Assembly: GCF_000143415.4 (NCBI RefSeq)
Contig: NW_003314308.1
Span: 682,001-746,000, forward strand
Length of the DNA stretch: 64,000 nt
Direction: 5' to 3'
From: Selaginella moellendorffii
Taxonomy: Eukaryota > Plantae > Lycopodiophyta
Part shown: in pieces, positions 59,516-64,000 of the stretch
Position numbering within the stretch: the first letter of the stretch is position 1
Layout: each line of letters opens with the position of its first letter
Made by a program: the position numbers and the translations under genes
Notes under the pieces: generated by a model
The model's database searches: none
Seen by the model: the letters and a program-made list of their open reading frames with translations, nothing else
What the model was told of the DNA's origin: nothing

Positions 59516-61861
59516 CATCTACAATATTAGGGAATGGTGCTCCCGATGGTCGTTGAGAGGGTTTTGGTCAAGGAAACGTGAAGGGCGGAAATACTCTCCT
59601 CTGCAATGTGGGGTCAATCGCATCCGATGGCGTGTGGGCACATGCCATTTCAGCTGTACACTCTGGTACAACTGACTCAACAGTGGCATGGGGTGGTTCC
59701 GATGGCGTGTGATCACACGCCATTTCAACTGGTGCCTCCGTTGGCAAAGTGGACATGACCGAACAGGCAACAGGGGCAGTGTAGGGAGGTTCCAACAGCG
59801 CGTAGTCAGACGATTGGGCACACGTTGAGTCCGTTGGAAATGAGGATACGACCGGCTCGGCGGCTGGGGCGGCCTCATGCGGGTCCAATAGCGCCTGGTC
59901 ACCGTCAGTTGGATACGTGGACAAGATTGACTCAGTGGTATGGGCAGCATCAAGTGGAGCGTGGTCAGCTTGCTTGGCGTTGATATAGATAATAGCCTCC
60001 ACCAGCTCTGATGACTCTTGCAGGCAAGTAGAGTCCACTGGCGGATCCATATGCATGTCCAAATATCTCCCTTCGATTGAGATGGTATCCTCCCTACTGG
60101 CTACTAAAAACAAACTCATTAGCACATTGAATCGACTATACTGTATTTACCATCAACTGCTATTGAGGAACTAGGACCGATATCACTTGGGCGCACTGCT
60201 GATTCTGAAGGATTGGACATACGTTTCGACCCTTGCTTGGCACTATCCTTCCTCGACACTAAAGGCTAGAGTTTGTATCTTAATTCAACTGAATAATCTC
60301 TACTTACCATTTGCTCTGCGACCTACATGGACAATGTTAGAAATGGTAAAAGGTTAGGAATGGATGTACTATTATTTACCTGATGGTTTGTCTTGTATGA
60401 CCTTCCTCCGCTGCTCTTTGGCCACCTTAGGCTGGCCATCGTCGTCATCATCATCATCATCGTCATCCTCACCCGACTGTCTTAACATGGTTTCTGCACG
60501 TTCTTGCACCCTTCAAAGACGACGAGATGAGAAAAACGTGGCCCTGACTTGAAAAGCATCCCTCATCCATTGTACCTCTCCATTGAGATTGGGGAAGGGG
60601 AGTCCGCCATAGGAATCTGAGTCAGGAGGTGGTGACTGGCTGCTTTCACTCAGCCCTTGATCTGCAATGAATGGCATGAGCACACACGCCATAACCGCGA
60701 GGCATTATTTATCATCTTTTCGTTGCCCTTCTTCCTTTTCGAATCAAACGCCTCTGATCCCGATGACTGTCCAACGTGCTTTCGCTTTTTATGACCACTG
60801 TCAGTTTGAGCTTGATCTGCAAGAAATGGCATGAGGACCCACGCAATAACCATGACGCTTTACTTCCCATCCTTGGAGGCTCTGTCGTGCCTTCCGCATC
60901 CTCAGGTGCCTGCTCCTCAATTCCCTTTCGCTTTTGTTTCTTATGCGCCCGTTCTACAGAAATAGCATGAGGACATACGCAATAAGCACACAAATGCTTT
61001 TACCCTTCCTCCTCTACCCTGGTCGGTTGTCCATCTCTTTGTCTACAGCGTCTGAAAGCTGTTTTGCAGGTAGCCTAATTCGAGGTTCACGACGTCTCCT
61101 TGGCACTTGAACTGTATATTATTGCATCAACACATGCAACATCCCATAATATTTTTAAGTTACCTTTCATAAAGTTTTCCATTGGTTCAACTCATTCCCC
61201 TGAAATACAAACTTAGATAAGTGCATAGGGCCATATGTCATGATCGTACCTGTTTCGGAACTCTCCTTATCACTCTCCGAGGCCTCCCCCTCCTCCACTG
61301 AAGGCACGTTGTTCTGTTCGATTTTCTCGACGCGATCTGCAAGAACATTAGTTAATTGCGTGGGGCCACACGCCATCAAACCTTCAGGTTCTTGTCGTGA
61401 GGTCTGCGCTGCTTGCCCTAGTCTCTTTGGAATTTGAGCTGCAAGAAGCAATGGCATGAGAATTCACGTATAACAAAAATGATTGGTACCTCTCGTCCAT
61501 TGTACTTGGCTGGTGCTTGCCTGTTTTGCCTTTGAAGAAGTGTCTCCTACAAGGAATGGCATGAGACCACACACCATTGCAAATATAATTTGTACCTCCT
61601 TTTTTCCTATTGCTTGTCTGTTTGTCCTTCTTTGACGCGCCACCAGTGTGCTTTTCAGTCCTCGTGTCTGAATATTCACAACGATCTATAATCAAAATGG
61701 CGTGAAGCCTCACGTGACCTTACCTTGTGCAGGTTGTGAGCTCGGCCCAACATGGGTATCTTCAACAGTAGCTGTTAACGCCGTTTCAACATCTGGGGGT
61801 GGCCACGCTCCTGCATATAGAGCTTGTGAAATAACATTTAAACTTAAAGTGCGTACTCACC
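59516..61861 (-). pseudogene. Chain of short phase-1 exons encoding a Lys/Arg/acidic low-complexity linker, with several nonsense codons
   Basis: Regular GT..AG introns of about 45-60 nt. Most exons checked are symmetric phase 1-1 and read in one frame apart from TGA/TAG at 61192, 61014, 60513 and 59568. Confidence 0.6.
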
Positions 61862-61879
61862 AGATTCGTAGAGAAGATA

Positions 61880-64000
61880 CTATTTTTCTTTGGCAACTGT
61901 AATTATATGCTCCATTAAAGTCACCTCTTCAATGGAGTTTGTCACTGCAACACACGGGACACCCTTGAGTAGTGCGGCTCGAAAGAATAGTCCGCCGCAG
62001 TTGTACTCGACAACGCATTTGCCCTTGGAGTCGGAAGCAGGTGACCCACCCGCTATTGCATTGAAGACCCAGCAGAGCATTTCCCATGCTGCACCTGGAG
62101 CTTTCTCTGGATTCGAAAGCTCCATAGCCGTCTTCAGTTCCTCAGGCACGGGTAAATTGACCTCCCTCAGATCAATTCGATCGGCCTTGTCGAACGAAGC
62201 TGGGAAGTCACTCCAGTCCCACTCTGCTGCAAGACCAATAACAAGGGCGAGTGTGAAGATGCGGACATTCGTCGGTATCTTCTTCTTAGCCATTATCCCA
62301 TGGATCTCCTGCATCTCCTTGCCTTTCAACCGAGCCTTCACCTCGTTCAAGGCCTTCCAGAACTTGTGATAGGATTCGGAGTCGTAGATCATATAGTGGA
62401 CTGAAGATTCCACCTCCACAAGTCCCACCATTAAGTCAATGATGGAGCTGACTTCGTCTGCATGAGTGATCTCCTCGTTTGTGAAGTCCATCACACAAAA
62501 GATGTTCTTGACCTGCTCATCTCCGCGGGAAACGATGCTCCTCCACCTTTGATCCTCATCCGAATTCATGTATACCCGGTAAGGTTCTCGATAGGCCTCT
62601 GCTACGGGGTCGAGCTGTTTCTGAAGCCGGCAGTCGACATCCCTCTTAATGAAATTTGGATACTGATCCAACTTCTCAGCTTTACTTTTCGTGGCATCCC
62701 GCAGCAGATAGATGAACTTGGGGGCCCCCTTCACGTAGTCGTCGATGTCTTCATTTGACAACTCCAGCTCTTCCATCATCTCTTGCGTGGTGTCGATGCT
62801 CACCCTCTCCACGGCCACTTGCTCGAAGATCCAATCCTTCAATAGCGCACGAGCTCTCAGAGTCGTGCACAAGTCCTCGTATGTCACAATATGGCCGGGA
62901 GTCATTTTGGTCTTGTTGAAGACTACCTCACCACGTAGAAGAGCATTAGCCACTGTCAGAAGGTCGTCGTCGTCTAAAGACTGCGAGAAACGCAAGGCGT
63001 TGAGCTTCAAATCATTGGGCTTCCGGCCGTCCTCCACACCCATTGAGTTTAGCAACTCCCCGTCATGGTACCTCCTCAGCACATCTACCCATTTGTCAAA
63101 AACAACTTTTGTCGCGAGTAGAATGTTATAGATGCTGAGTGTGTCATTGACCCCCAGTGTTTTCGAGAGAAGACTCGAGAATTCCTGCAATGGAAATGGC
63201 GTGAGGCCACATGCTATGCCACATGCAACGAGGCTTACCTGCCAGGCGCTAGTTGCTAGTGCACGTCCTTGTCCTGGTTTTTGTGGCTTCTTCAGTTGAA
63301 CCCAGAGCTTCCGTGTTCGTGCCAATGTCTTGTGCAGACCCAATTTGTAGCACGTTTCTTGCTTGACATTCTGCGCGTGGGAGATGGATATGATAGATCG
63401 GAGGGGCGAGTTGCCTTTTATCAAGCGGACAACTCTTGTCTTGAAGACTTTCTTCACCTCCTCGCCCACCATAATATCCAGAACTATCTCTTGCATCGCT
63501 AAGCTAGAATGCTGCCTGGAGACGGCATAGAACCGGATGTTCTGATCGTCCAACACCTTCCTATTGATCAAGTCTGGAAACCTCGTCTCGCCCTTCATTG
63601 TTCGGTAGTAGGGGATCACGTCTGTGATGTCGGGTGTTACTGGACTTGCCAGCATCTTCTGCTTCAGTTTCTCCACCCACTCATCAGATACTAGCCTGTG
63701 GTTGTATTTGCTTTGGATGTCGATACGGCTCACGTCGATTGTATATACTTTGTTGGAATAGTAACAAGTACTATTATCTGTGACGATTTTTGCTGCCTCT
63801 TCTTGCTCTTTCTGCTCTTTGCGGCTCTTCTTTTTGGTGGGTGTAGTGTTCGAACCCGAGGCAATGGCATCACCGAGTAGCTTCTTTTTTGGAGCAAGAG
63901 AGTCGAACGTCGGCTTGAGCTTGACCACCCTTTTCTGCTTCGGGGTAGTTTCCAGATCGACCCCCTTCCCCTTCGCTTCGCGAACTGGAGGCACTCTCAA
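61880..64000 (-). CDS. ParB/Srx-like plus degenerate methyltransferase-like protein (5' end outside the window)
   Basis: Open for 706 codons including an in-frame 54-nt intron (63185-63238). YTIDVSRI..YNHRLVSDEWVEKLKQKM..FYAVSRQHSSLA (ParB-like); KCVVEYNCGGLFFRAALLKGVPCVAV (SAM-motif-I-like). Confidence 0.65.
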   Translation of the reverse strand: MRVPPVREAKGKGVDLETTPKQKRVVKLKPTFDSLAPKKKLLGDAIASGSNTTPTKKKSRKEQKEQEEAAKIVTDNSTCYYSNKVYTIDVSRIDIQSKYNHRLVSDEWVEKLKQKMLASPVTPDITDVIPYYRTMKGETRFPDLINRKVLDDQNIRFYAVSRQHSSLAMQEIVLDIMVGEEVKKVFKTRVVRLIKGNSPLRSIISISHAQNVKQETCYKLGLHKTLARTRKLWVQLKKPQKPGQGRALATSAWQVSLVACGIACGLTPFPLQEFSSLLSKTLGVNDTLSIYNILLATKVVFDKWVDVLRRYHDGELLNSMGVEDGRKPNDLKLNALRFSQSLDDDDLLTVANALLRGEVVFNKTKMTPGHIVTYEDLCTTLRARALLKDWIFEQVAVERVSIDTTQEMMEELELSNEDIDDYVKGAPKFIYLLRDATKSKAEKLDQYPNFIKRDVDCRLQKQLDPVAEAYREPYRVYMNSDEDQRWRSIVSRGDEQVKNIFCVMDFTNEEITHADEVSSIIDLMVGLVEVESSVHYMIYDSESYHKFWKALNEVKARLKGKEMQEIHGIMAKKKIPTNVRIFTLALVIGLAAEWDWSDFPASFDKADRIDLREVNLPVPEELKTAMELSNPEKAPGAAWEMLCWVFNAIAGGSPASDSKGKCVVEYNCGGLFFRAALLKGVPCVAVTNSIEEVTLMEHIITVAKEK

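Overview
Plant nuclear DNA. The very short (about 45-65 nt) introns, tight gene packing and PLS-PPR genes suggest a lycophyte, most likely Selaginella (inference). The window has two halves. Bases 1-30 kb are gene-dense and GC-rich: PRPP synthase, a Cys-rich membrane protein, VPS53, two unknown genes, a kelch-like gene, an AT-rich MIKC*-type MADS gene, rpl33, three PPR genes, a ~2190-aa very-large-GTPase/Cys-His/vWA gene, tRNA-Ser(CGA), and a BRCC36 gene with an AT-AC intron and a frameshift. Bases 30-64 kb are mostly decayed mobile DNA: a Helitron with both termini and a captured RRM exon, a B-lectin gene, two 5S-rRNA-containing (Cassandra-like) solo LTRs, a SWIM/MULE-like remnant and a chromovirus Gypsy remnant. 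The most unusual signal is two divergent, intron-containing genes that fuse a ParB/Srx-like domain to a beta-class N4C/N6A DNA-methyltransferase-like domain. One can be spliced through a chain of phase-1 mini-exons into an FCP1-like HAD phosphatase. The other has a palindromic 96-bp array in its predicted first intron. All calls come from motif recognition by eye; no searches were run.
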